Shown: piece after piece, positions 1-8,482 of the stretch
How positions within the stretch are numbered: the first letter of the stretch is position 1
Layout of the letters: each line of letters begins with the position of its first letter
Assembly (NCBI GenBank): GCA_041738755.1
Contig: JBGSPE010000003.1
Span: 62,602 to 126,601 of the forward strand
DNA length: 64,000 bases
Origin: Minisyncoccia bacterium
Lineage (GTDB): Bacteria > Patescibacteriota > Minisyncoccia > Phycocordibacterales > UBA918
Direction: 5' to 3'
The notes under the pieces: generated by a model
Databases searched by the model: none
Told to the model about the DNA's origin: nothing
What the model saw: the letters and a program-made list of their open reading frames with translations, nothing else
Position numbers and translations under genes: made by a program

Positions 1-279
1 AAAGGAACGACCGTAGTGACGACCGGACTCATCGAAAGTGTCCGTGAACTCCTGACTAAAAAAGGCGACAAAATGGCCTTTATTAAACTTGTAGACCAGA
101 CTGACTCGATTGAACTCACCGCCTTCCCTTCTACCTACCTTGAACAAAAAGACATTCTTCAACCCGGCACCTGTGTTGCTATCAAAGGCAAGCTTGATAT
201 CAGAAACGACGAACCGAGTATTTTAATTGATAGAGCTAAAAATATCGCACCTGTTGACAATGCTAATGTTACTGTCTAA
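1..279 (+). CDS. dnaE: 3' end of DNA polymerase III alpha subunit (C-terminal OB-fold region); the 5' part lies outside the window
   Basis: The reading frame is open from position 1. The tail '...AFIKLVDQTDSIELTAFPSTYLEQKDILQPGTCVAIKGKLDIRNDEPSILIDRAKNI' resembles the DnaE C-terminal OB-fold by eye. The first in-frame start-like codon at 16 is GTG. Confidence 0.45.
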   Translation, partial: KGTTVVTTGLIESVRELLTKKGDKMAFIKLVDQTDSIELTAFPSTYLEQKDILQPGTCVAIKGKLDIRNDEPSILIDRAKNIAPVDNANVTV

Positions 280-315
280 TATGGCTTCAGAAGCAGATCT
301 ATATCTGGAGAAATT

Positions 316-645
316 TTGATGCGACACATGCGCGAAGCTACTCTCGTATTCGACCCAAGAATCTCACACCCGCTATATAAGAAGCATAAGGTAGATAAGG
401 TTAACGTCATTCGAGTCTTGTCGAGCGAACGTTTAACAGATGAAGAAAGTTGCCTCTTCGAAAACAAAGCCAAAATAATATTTCCAGATCATTTTCTCGA
501 AATAGTCAGGTTCAACGAACAGACTGTCTATCTTGCGTTCAATTTTTCTGATGACGCTATCCTGGATAAATCTTTCCAAAGTTTACTTGTAAATTTTCAC
601 GGCTGGTTAAAACTTGCACGAATTGAGGATTTCGTATTGGCTTAG
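316..645 (+). CDS. Hypothetical protein, 109 aa
   Basis: ORF with GGAGA 9 nt upstream of the ATG; a hairpin plus T-run terminator follows; no recognisable motifs. Confidence 0.4.
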   Translation: MMRHMREATLVFDPRISHPLYKKHKVDKVNVIRVLSSERLTDEESCLFENKAKIIFPDHFLEIVRFNEQTVYLAFNFSDDAILDKSFQSLLVNFHGWLKLARIEDFVLA

Positions 646-652
646 TTCTACT

Positions 653-688
653 AAAAATCGCGCCGAGCAATCGACGCGGTTTTTCTTT
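653..688 (+). terminator. Rho-independent terminator after ORF 316..645
   Basis: Stem tcgcgccga(658-666)/tcgacgcgg(671-679) with a GCAA loop, followed by TTTTCTTTT. Confidence 0.45.
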
Positions 689-739
689 TCCCTAAACATA
701 TCTGTTAACAGCTATGTTTAGCACACGGTGTTTGACTGA

Positions 740-952
740 TTTAATACTCATGCTACGATGTATTACATCAGAGATTGTAGTGGCCACCAACCATTAGTTT
801 ATGTATCATATATGATACATAAATGGACTACTTCCCTAATCTGAACTAATGAGCGCTGTGCAGGCATACCTGCCAGAATCTCGGTGGAACCGCGGTCTAG
901 ATCGCCCGAGTGAGTATACGAACCTTCGTGTATTCACTCGGGCGCTTTTTTA
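740..952 (+). promoter_or_regulatory. T-box riboswitch leader of thrS (antiterminator/terminator switch); the 5' boundary is approximate
   Basis: AATCTCGGTGGAACCGCGG at 877-895 matches the T-box consensus AATTAGGGTGGTACCGCGG. Antiterminator: CUCGG(880-884)/CCGAG(906-910) and GCGG(892-895)/UCGC(902-905), leaving a 7-nt UGGAACC bulge. The competing terminator stem is cgcccgagtga(903-913)/tcactcgggcg(934-944) followed by CTTTTTT. Stem-III-like hairpin GCAGG CAUA CCUGC at 861-874. ACC-A (Thr codon plus purine) at 786-789 and 790-793. Possible promoter TTGACT (733-738)/TACGAT (755-760). Confidence 0.55.
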
Positions 953-1106
953 TTCACTTTATTAACCTAACCACAAAGATTTTCAAAATTAGATAACGTA
1001 CAAGGCATGGAGAAAAAGTTTTTCGAGTCGTATCAGGCATACGGTGAGAAAAACTTTGAGGCTCCATAACGCAGTAATTTGCTAATTTTGAAAATCATCA
1101 CACTTT

Positions 1107-2858
1107 ATGTCAGAACAACTAAACAATAAACGACACACACTAGCCCACCTCTTGGCTGCGGCGGTCATTGAAACGTATCCCCATGCAAAATTGACCCTTG
1201 GTCCGGCTATCGATACGGGCTTCTACTACGATATCGACTTCGCTGAGGGAGATGTACCTGGTGACAGTGATCTCAAAGACCTCCAAAAGTTGATGAAGAA
1301 ACTCATCAACAAATGGACTGAATTCACTCACGAAGTCGTGACGGTAGATCGTGCTCAAGAAGTCTTTGCTGGTAACCAGTACAAGCTTGAATTGATTGAT
1401 GAAATTGATTCACGAGGCGAGACGATTACCCTCTACACAGTCGGTGGATTTACCGACCTTTGTCGGGGTGGACACTGTAACAATCCGAAAGAAGACATTA
1501 GTACTGATGCCTTTAAGCTCGACAAAATTGCGGGAGCCTACTGGCGCGGAGATGAAAAAAACCCAATGCTCACTCGTATCTACGGCATCGCATTTGATAC
1601 AAAAGAAGAACTTGAAGGCTACGAAAAGCAACTTGAAGAAGCAAAAGCCCGTGACCATCGTAAACTTGGGAAAGAACTTGACCTCTTTACCTTCTCTGAT
1701 TTGGTCGGACCTGGTCTTCCGCTCTTCACTCCGCGCGGTACGATGATGCGTGATCTTATCGTCGATAAAATCATGACTATTCAAGCCAAATACGGCTATC
1801 AAAAAGTCACCATCCCTCACATAACCAAAAGTGACCTCTACAAAACCTCTGGTCATTGGGAAAAGTTTGGTGATGAACTTTTCAAAGTAAAAGGTCAATC
1901 TGACGCTGAGTTTGTCATGAAGCCTATGAACTGTCCGCATCATACCCAAATTTTCGACAGCCGACCGCGCTCATACAAAGAACTTCCTATTCGCTATGCT
2001 GAAACAACCATGGTCTACCGGGATGAACAAGCCGGTGAATTGATTGGGTTAGGGCGCGTTCGAAGTATCACACAAGATGACGGTCACGTGTTCTGTACTG
2101 TTGATCAGATTGACCAAGAAGTCGAAAATATCGTTCGAGTGATACAAGAATTCTACACCTCACTAGGAATGTACAATGATGGTAATTTCTGGGTTTCACT
2201 CTCTACTAGCGATCCAAACAAGCCGGAAGACTATCTTGGTGATAGAGAAAACTGGAAAAAAGCTGAGACTATGCTCGAAGCAGTTGCTACGAGACTCAAC
2301 TTACCGTATAAGCGGATTGAAGGTGAAGCTGCATTTTACGGACCAAAACTCGACTTTATGTTCAAAGACGCCATTGGTCGTGAACGTCAGCTGGCGACCG
2401 CTCAGCTTGATTTTGTGATGCCGGAGCGTTTCTCTCTTTCCTACACAGATAACACTGGAGTGAAGCAAACACCCGTCATGATTCACCGAGCAATCGCGGG
2501 GTCACTCGAACGGTTTATGGCTATCATGATTGAGCACTTTGCAGGTAACTTCCCGCTTTGGCTCTGCCCAACACAACTAGCCATCATCCCCGTAGCAGAT
2601 ACACATACCCCGTACGCGCGAGAGATTGCAGCCCATTTGAAAAACCATAATTTCCGGATTGAACTTGATGAATCAAACGAAAGTATGGGTAAGAAGATTC
2701 GCACAGCTAAGAAGGACCGACTCCCCTACTTCATCGTCATCGGTGATAAGGAAGTGGAGAATAAGACCGTTACTCTTGAATCACGTGATACCGGTGAGTC
2801 AGTAACTCTGAACTTAGAGGAACTAATAGAGAAACTGACTGCAGAAAATACCAGGTAG
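1107..2858 (+). CDS. thrS: Threonyl-tRNA synthetase, short form lacking the N-terminal TGS domain but retaining the editing domain
   Basis: 583 aa. N-terminus 'RHTLAHLLAAAVIETYPHAKLTLGPAIDTGFYYDIDF' is editing-domain-like; class II core motifs and anticodon-binding C-terminus recognised by eye. Confidence 0.9.
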   Translation: MSEQLNNKRHTLAHLLAAAVIETYPHAKLTLGPAIDTGFYYDIDFAEGDVPGDSDLKDLQKLMKKLINKWTEFTHEVVTVDRAQEVFAGNQYKLELIDEIDSRGETITLYTVGGFTDLCRGGHCNNPKEDISTDAFKLDKIAGAYWRGDEKNPMLTRIYGIAFDTKEELEGYEKQLEEAKARDHRKLGKELDLFTFSDLVGPGLPLFTPRGTMMRDLIVDKIMTIQAKYGYQKVTIPHITKSDLYKTSGHWEKFGDELFKVKGQSDAEFVMKPMNCPHHTQIFDSRPRSYKELPIRYAETTMVYRDEQAGELIGLGRVRSITQDDGHVFCTVDQIDQEVENIVRVIQEFYTSLGMYNDGNFWVSLSTSDPNKPEDYLGDRENWKKAETMLEAVATRLNLPYKRIEGEAAFYGPKLDFMFKDAIGRERQLATAQLDFVMPERFSLSYTDNTGVKQTPVMIHRAIAGSLERFMAIMIEHFAGNFPLWLCPTQLAIIPVADTHTPYAREIAAHLKNHNFRIELDESNESMGKKIRTAKKDRLPYFIVIGDKEVENKTVTLESRDTGESVTLNLEELIEKLTAENTR

Positions 2859-2871
2859 AACTACCCACAAT

Positions 2872-2905
2872 AAAAAGGCCGGCCCTTATGGGCCGGCCTT
2901 TTTAT
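2872..2905. terminator. Bidirectional rho-independent terminator between thrS and the convergent giant gene
   Basis: Perfect stem ggccggccc(2877-2885)/gggccggcc(2890-2898) with a TTAT loop, flanked by AAAAA and TTTTT. Confidence 0.7.
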
Positions 2906-2946
2906 TATCAGCAAGAACACGCTCTTCGTGAAACAAGTAATCTGAT

Positions 2947-5900
2947 TTATATCTCTTCCAATTCCGCAACCACTTCAATATTCACACTATCGGTAAATGT
3001 CGTATTAGTCACCGGCTCAGTACAACTGAAGGTAAAGAGGCTCTTAGCATTAATCGGACCACTACCCTCAGTACCACTGGTACCGCTTGGATTCCGGTCT
3101 ACCCCTGGTCCATAGACCCGGCAATTCATTGGGTAGGTGGCTGCCGTAGACCACGTCAATGTAATAGTTTCACCTTGTTTGACTCGATACCTATCAGCAG
3201 TAAGATTTAAACCAGGATCTGGTGGCGGAATTGTAAAGGTAAAGACACGACTGTTATCCCCTTCATTAGTTTCAGTTACGGTATTTGTACTATCGACGAA
3301 GACTCTTGTCCGCGCAGCACCAAATGGTATTGAGCCAGTTACCCGTTCTGTTCGATTAACCGCTGAACCAACAGTGAGTAGTCCAAGTGAACCAGTAGTA
3401 GTGAACTCATACCCATCACCACTACGGTCAAACTGTAATTCGTAGTTAGCGCTAGCTAACGTATCACTTTCACCGTCGTTTCTCGTTTGAAATACAATAT
3501 CAATATAGTCATACATTCCTGTCACACTATTAAACGTTGGTGAAAGATTGTACGTAATATCTGGTTGGGTAAGATTTGGATAATTTCGAGTGGTAACAGT
3601 AACCGTCCTGTCGGTAGTACCACCAAGACCTGTACACGAAACAGTATAGACGGCGTTCGTTCCTGGAACTGGTGGTGTGACTGAATTGTCAGTCCCATTT
3701 TCGTTAGGCGACCCTCCGGTTGAGAAGCCACTACCAGCCGTTGCGGTACAACTTGAAGCACCAACACTCGTCCAGCGCAGCGCTATGGTATCACCAGGAT
3801 TTATCGTTGGATTGCTACTTAACCAAGCTCCAGTGCCGTTCACTCTTGTTTGTAGGGTCACACTCGGTGGTGGTGGTAAAGTGATGGTTACGGTGTGATT
3901 TGTACAGGCAGCTGGAAGTGTATTACCGATATCACGAGCACACGCTCTCACCGTATATGTCCCATCGGCTAACCACGTATTGTTAATTGTCCATTGCTGA
4001 CCTGTGGTGTATGTCGGTGATGGAGATGGAGTATCGTTTGATCCATTATTTTGCCAATCAATCGTGTAGTAGAACTGCGACGTTGGATTTGGATGTGTAG
4101 ACACAATTCTAAACTGCACTGGAGTACCAGCTACTCCAGCTGTACTTGCAGCTGGGAAGTTTACTGTTGGAGCATTGGGGGCTTGGGCATTTAAGTTTAC
4201 CTGAACGGTATCTGATTCGGTACCACACGTCAGAATATATGGGCTACTTTGTGTAATTGTCGCACCCACACTTCCATTTGCAGTGACAATTTGTGATCCG
4301 GCAGTTATACCAGCGCCACTTAACGTACACGTCGGTGTAGCACCAGTACTTGTCCACGTTAAACTCACCCCAGTGTTGTAATTCACCGATACCGGACCAT
4401 TAGACCCGTTGACCCTTAGGTCAGGCAATGTTGGACACGAAGCAGGAGTAAACCGTGTCACGGTGGAAGAATTTGGAGACTGTCCCGCCGCGTTGTTAGC
4501 TCGAACATAGAATGAATATGAAGTGTTCGTGCCTCCAGTGAAGGTGTAGTTTGAACCACCTGAGTTTGCGATAAATGTACCGTTACTGTAGTACACACTG
4601 TAACTAGTAGCTCCCGGCACATCATTCCAATCAAGGAAGAGCTGGTTAGTACCACAGGCCTGTGGAGTGGCGGTGAGGCCGGTTGGTGTAGCAGGCGCAC
4701 AGATAGTTGGCGTCGTCGCCGTTACGGTAGAAGAGTTTCCTGATTGAACTGAAGCTGCGTTATTCGCTCGGACATAAAACGAATAGCTGGTGTTTGGTGA
4801 CCCTGTAAAGGTGTAATTTGAACCAACTGAATTACCAACGAAGGTACCGTTACTGAGATACACACTGTAGCTGGCTGCATTAGTCGAATCATTCCAATCA
4901 AGGAAGAGTTGGTTGGTACCACAGGCTTGTGGTGTAGCAGTAAGACCAGTTGGCGTAGTTGCTGCTGGAGGTGCGCACACAGCTGGAGCATTGGCAGTCG
5001 CGAAGGCTGACCAGGCAGAGTTTCCAACAGCATTTTTAGCTCGGACTTGGAAGTCGTAGGTGGATCCAGGATTAAGTCCAGTGATAGTTCGGGGACTCGT
5101 GACATCATTCACTATTGTCCAACCACCACTTGGAGAAAGGCGGAACTGAATATCGTAGCCGGTTGCACCAGTTACATTTGACCAAGAAACAGTGACTGCT
5201 CCTGTGCCACAAGAGCCCGGAGTGGCGGTGGGGGTTGCAGGTTGTGCTGGTGCAGTCGCACACGCAACTGGCGCAGTCGCATTCATCGCTCCTGAGTAGG
5301 CAGATGAACCAGCACTATTAGTCGCTCGCACCGTATATGACTGGGCAGAGCCATTGGCTAGACCAGTGTGACTAAATGAAGTACTTGGTCCATCGTAGAT
5401 GACAGTACCTGCACCGTTGCGGAGCTGGTAGCTGGTGGCTCCAGAGACGGCTGACCAGGAGACATTTATCTGACCAGTACCACAAGCTTGAGGGGTGGCG
5501 GTAGGGGTGGCTGGGGTAGCTGGGGTAGCTGGGGTCACGGTAATAGTTGTCCAACCACTACAGTTATTTCCCTCATTAGACTCTGTCACTTCAGAACTTA
5601 TGTCCGCACAGACTTGTAGATAATAAGTACCAGGCCCTGAAAAGGTGTAGTTTACGTTGGCGTTTGACTCACTATAACCAGCTGGAAAACCAGCTGGAAT
5701 ACCACTCCTAAACAAAGCTGGCTGACTTGGTAAGCCTCCATTTCCGGCATTAGTATCAGTGTCAAACCAAAATCGAACATTGAAAGGTGCGCCGGTTGAA
5801 AGAGTACCTTGGTTTCGTACAAGCGCACTATAATTGGTTGCGCTACCCGGATTGACTGACGTTGCCCCACTGACTGAGGGGACGATAACATCTGACTGAC

Positions 5901-8328
5901 CACAACTACTTGGAGCCGTTGCGCTCCTTGCTCCTGAGTACGCAGATGAGCCGCCAGCGTTAATGGCTCGCACCGTATATGACTGGGCAGAGCCATTGGC
6001 TAGACCAGTGTGACTAAATGAAGTACTTGGTCCATCGTAGATGACGGTACCGGCACCGTTGCGGAGCTGGTAGCTGGTGGCTCCAGAAACAGCATTCCAA
6101 GAAACGTTTATTTGACCAGTTCCACATGAGCCGGGAGTAGCGGTAGGGGTGGTGGGGGTGGTTGGTGCACAAATATTTGGTGATGTCCGACTTATCGAGG
6201 CTGATTCCGCTCCCGCTCCAGCTCCATTCCAAGCTCGCACTCGGTAGGTATACAGGGAATTAGGTAACGGTGCAGTATGGGTGAATGAGGTGACATTACC
6301 GACGTTTTGCCATGCTCCATTAATTTGAATATCATATCCAGACGCTCCGGCAACACTGTTCCAGGTAAGGTTAATTTGATTCGTACCACAGGAGCTGGGA
6401 GTGCCGTTAAGGCCAGTTGGGGTGGCGGGTGGACAAACATTTGGTGTTGTTGCATTAACAGAACCTGAGTAGGCAGATGAACCAGCACTATTAGTCGCTC
6501 GCACCGTATATGACTGGGCTGAGCCATTAGCTAAACCAGTGTGACTAAATGAAGTACTTGGTCCATCGTAGATGACAGTACCTGCGCCGTTGCGGAGCTG
6601 GTAGCTGGTGGCTCCAGAGACGGCTGACCAGGAGACATTTATCTGACCAGTACCACAAGCTTGAGGAGTTGCGGTAGGGGTGGTGGGTTGTAAAGGTGTG
6701 ACTGGGCAGTTAGTTTGATACCGTGCAATCATAGTAGTGACACCATTTATGAATGTTGTTTCTACACACTGATTGGGAGGAAAAGCGGCAAGCCAAGTAA
6801 AGTAATCCATTACAGGTAGTGGGGTTCTAATATCAGGAGTCCATCCTCGGCCGACACATGTATCACCCGCGGTTGTGATAGCAATACTACTAATTCCAGG
6901 ATTGGCACAAACATCAAACGTAATAGGTGGGACTGGAGGTCCCGGAATATCGATAGGATGAGCATTGACTACCGAAAATGGTACTACACTGGCCCCGAGC
7001 ATACACAGTACTATCAGTAGTGGCCCCAGACTGTCGGGAGCTTTCGTGTTGTGGCGAAGTGTATACTCACGACGATGGACAATCCAAACCAGGATAAGTA
7101 ACACGAGTAATAAAGCTGCACCACCATAAAGAAATAAAGGATTGAATATAATTCCCTCAGAGAGTGTTATGTTTTCAGACGGTTCTTGGTGACACGCTCC
7201 ACCCAATACGTCACAGTCATACGTTACTGTTTCTTGCGACACCGGTACACCATCTCTTTCAATTGTGGATGTTAGCAAAATAGCATTCTGATTGGTAGGA
7301 GGCACAAAACTTGGTATACTCGCATCAGAAATACTATCCCCTGCAACTGACGCTACCGTTAATCCGGCAGGATCAGTCAGTTCAAATGATAAACGATACG
7401 GTGTAAGTTCAGCCGTGGCTGGCGTAGCAATACAGTAAAATAGGTCTGCTGACTGATTAGCAGACAACGGAATATCACGTACGCCAGCAACCAATATTCG
7501 TGGGTCAGGTGTAGCTTTTAGAAACTGAAAGTCCTGTATTGACTTAGCTCCCCTATCATCAATAATTGCATTAACTAAAAATTCTTTATCACTAGTGGGC
7601 TTGGTAGTATACGTAATCACTTCTTCACTATTAGCGGCGATGGTAAGGATACTCGATTTAGTATCAAGCCGACTGTCTTCAGTCGGGTATGGTCCCAGAT
7701 ACTGATTCCACTGTATCGGAACAACTTTGTCTTCATCTGTTGCGTTGATTACTGCAACGCTTATAGTTACACTCTGATCATCGGTGATTATTGTTTGATC
7801 AAAACTCTCATACGGTTGACCATTAATCTGCATCGTGTTGTGATCAAGCTGTACCACCTCACTTTCTGAGGCAATTGTAAAACGTGGACCATATCCCAAC
7901 CCTATTGCCGTCTCACCCATGAATGACATTACGTACTGGATAGCGTAATCACCCATTGGCTGATTTTCAGGTACCACCCATTCGTCAGCAAAAGAATACT
8001 TGCCTTGTGCCGGTAGTATGATATTTTCTTCGACCACATAGGTATCGACTAATCGCAACGATTGATCTTCCCGAATTTGAAACACTCTTGCTCGCAGTTC
8101 TGCAACGGGGACCGTGATGCTATTTTGATTTTCAATACTTCCAGTGAATCCAACCGGGGTTTGTGGTACCCCGATGGCTACCGTACTAGTGACAGCCAGT
8201 TTAATATTAGTCAGTGCAAAGTTGTCAGTACAGAAGAGGTTATTACGAGCGGCAGGAGTTTCGGTTGGTGCCTGTTGTGCGAATATTGTACTCACTGAAG
8301 AGAAAAGCAACATAAGTACAAGGGTCAC
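2947..8328 (-). CDS. Giant secreted surface protein (1793 aa) with a signal peptide, an N-terminal ~420-aa module, an internal two-helix membrane hairpin, ~6 fibronectin-III-like modules and CARDB-like motifs
   Basis: Signal peptide MTLVLMLLFSSVSTIFAQQ. Near-identical Fn3-type modules (TPTATPQACGTGQINVSWSAVSGATSYQLRNG...) occur three times, plus two copies of a second module. CARDB-type 'TESNEGNN'/'TETNEGDN' motifs. Internal LFLYGGAALLLVLLILVWIV-HRREYTLRHNTKAPDS-LGPLLIVLCMLGASVVPFSVVNA. Confidence 0.75.
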   Translation of the reverse strand: MTLVLMLLFSSVSTIFAQQAPTETPAARNNLFCTDNFALTNIKLAVTSTVAIGVPQTPVGFTGSIENQNSITVPVAELRARVFQIREDQSLRLVDTYVVEENIILPAQGKYSFADEWVVPENQPMGDYAIQYVMSFMGETAIGLGYGPRFTIASESEVVQLDHNTMQINGQPYESFDQTIITDDQSVTISVAVINATDEDKVVPIQWNQYLGPYPTEDSRLDTKSSILTIAANSEEVITYTTKPTSDKEFLVNAIIDDRGAKSIQDFQFLKATPDPRILVAGVRDIPLSANQSADLFYCIATPATAELTPYRLSFELTDPAGLTVASVAGDSISDASIPSFVPPTNQNAILLTSTIERDGVPVSQETVTYDCDVLGGACHQEPSENITLSEGIIFNPLFLYGGAALLLVLLILVWIVHRREYTLRHNTKAPDSLGPLLIVLCMLGASVVPFSVVNAHPIDIPGPPVPPITFDVCANPGISSIAITTAGDTCVGRGWTPDIRTPLPVMDYFTWLAAFPPNQCVETTFINGVTTMIARYQTNCPVTPLQPTTPTATPQACGTGQINVSWSAVSGATSYQLRNGAGTVIYDGPSTSFSHTGLANGSAQSYTVRATNSAGSSAYSGSVNATTPNVCPPATPTGLNGTPSSCGTNQINLTWNSVAGASGYDIQINGAWQNVGNVTSFTHTAPLPNSLYTYRVRAWNGAGAGAESASISRTSPNICAPTTPTTPTATPGSCGTGQINVSWNAVSGATSYQLRNGAGTVIYDGPSTSFSHTGLANGSAQSYTVRAINAGGSSAYSGARSATAPSSCGQSDVIVPSVSGATSVNPGSATNYSALVRNQGTLSTGAPFNVRFWFDTDTNAGNGGLPSQPALFRSGIPAGFPAGYSESNANVNYTFSGPGTYYLQVCADISSEVTESNEGNNCSGWTTITVTPATPATPATPTATPQACGTGQINVSWSAVSGATSYQLRNGAGTVIYDGPSTSFSHTGLANGSAQSYTVRATNSAGSSAYSGAMNATAPVACATAPAQPATPTATPGSCGTGAVTVSWSNVTGATGYDIQFRLSPSGGWTIVNDVTSPRTITGLNPGSTYDFQVRAKNAVGNSAWSAFATANAPAVCAPPAATTPTGLTATPQACGTNQLFLDWNDSTNAASYSVYLSNGTFVGNSVGSNYTFTGSPNTSYSFYVRANNAASVQSGNSSTVTATTPTICAPATPTGLTATPQACGTNQLFLDWNDVPGATSYSVYYSNGTFIANSGGSNYTFTGGTNTSYSFYVRANNAAGQSPNSSTVTRFTPASCPTLPDLRVNGSNGPVSVNYNTGVSLTWTSTGATPTCTLSGAGITAGSQIVTANGSVGATITQSSPYILTCGTESDTVQVNLNAQAPNAPTVNFPAASTAGVAGTPVQFRIVSTHPNPTSQFYYTIDWQNNGSNDTPSPSPTYTTGQQWTINNTWLADGTYTVRACARDIGNTLPAACTNHTVTITLPPPPSVTLQTRVNGTGAWLSSNPTINPGDTIALRWTSVGASSCTATAGSGFSTGGSPNENGTDNSVTPPVPGTNAVYTVSCTGLGGTTDRTVTVTTRNYPNLTQPDITYNLSPTFNSVTGMYDYIDIVFQTRNDGESDTLASANYELQFDRSGDGYEFTTTGSLGLLTVGSAVNRTERVTGSIPFGAARTRVFVDSTNTVTETNEGDNSRVFTFTIPPPDPGLNLTADRYRVKQGETITLTWSTAATYPMNCRVYGPGVDRNPSGTSGTEGSGPINAKSLFTFSCTEPVTNTTFTDSVNIEVVAELEEI

Positions 8329-8482
8329 AGCATAAAAAAACCTAGCGCAGTCATACTAAGCACATACACGCTAATCTGTGGCCGTACTATGCCTGGACGC
8401 TTGGTATAGTGCGCGAGCACTGGAGGAAGCAATAAAACGAGATTGGTTACTACTGCTAAAAGATAACGGTAAATCATAATCA

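Noticed and set aside
3137-6527. Internal ORFs within 2947..8328 (3137..3445, 4722..5108, 5372..5554, 5652..5996, 6014..6232, 6192..6527)
   Set aside because: Alternative-frame translations of the Fn3 repeat DNA (they repeat themselves); no independent start or RBS support.
8329-8482. The 154-nt gap between the two paralogous surface genes as a possible ncRNA
   Set aside because: No convincing hairpin, terminator or conserved motif seen by eye; more likely an intergenic or promoter region.
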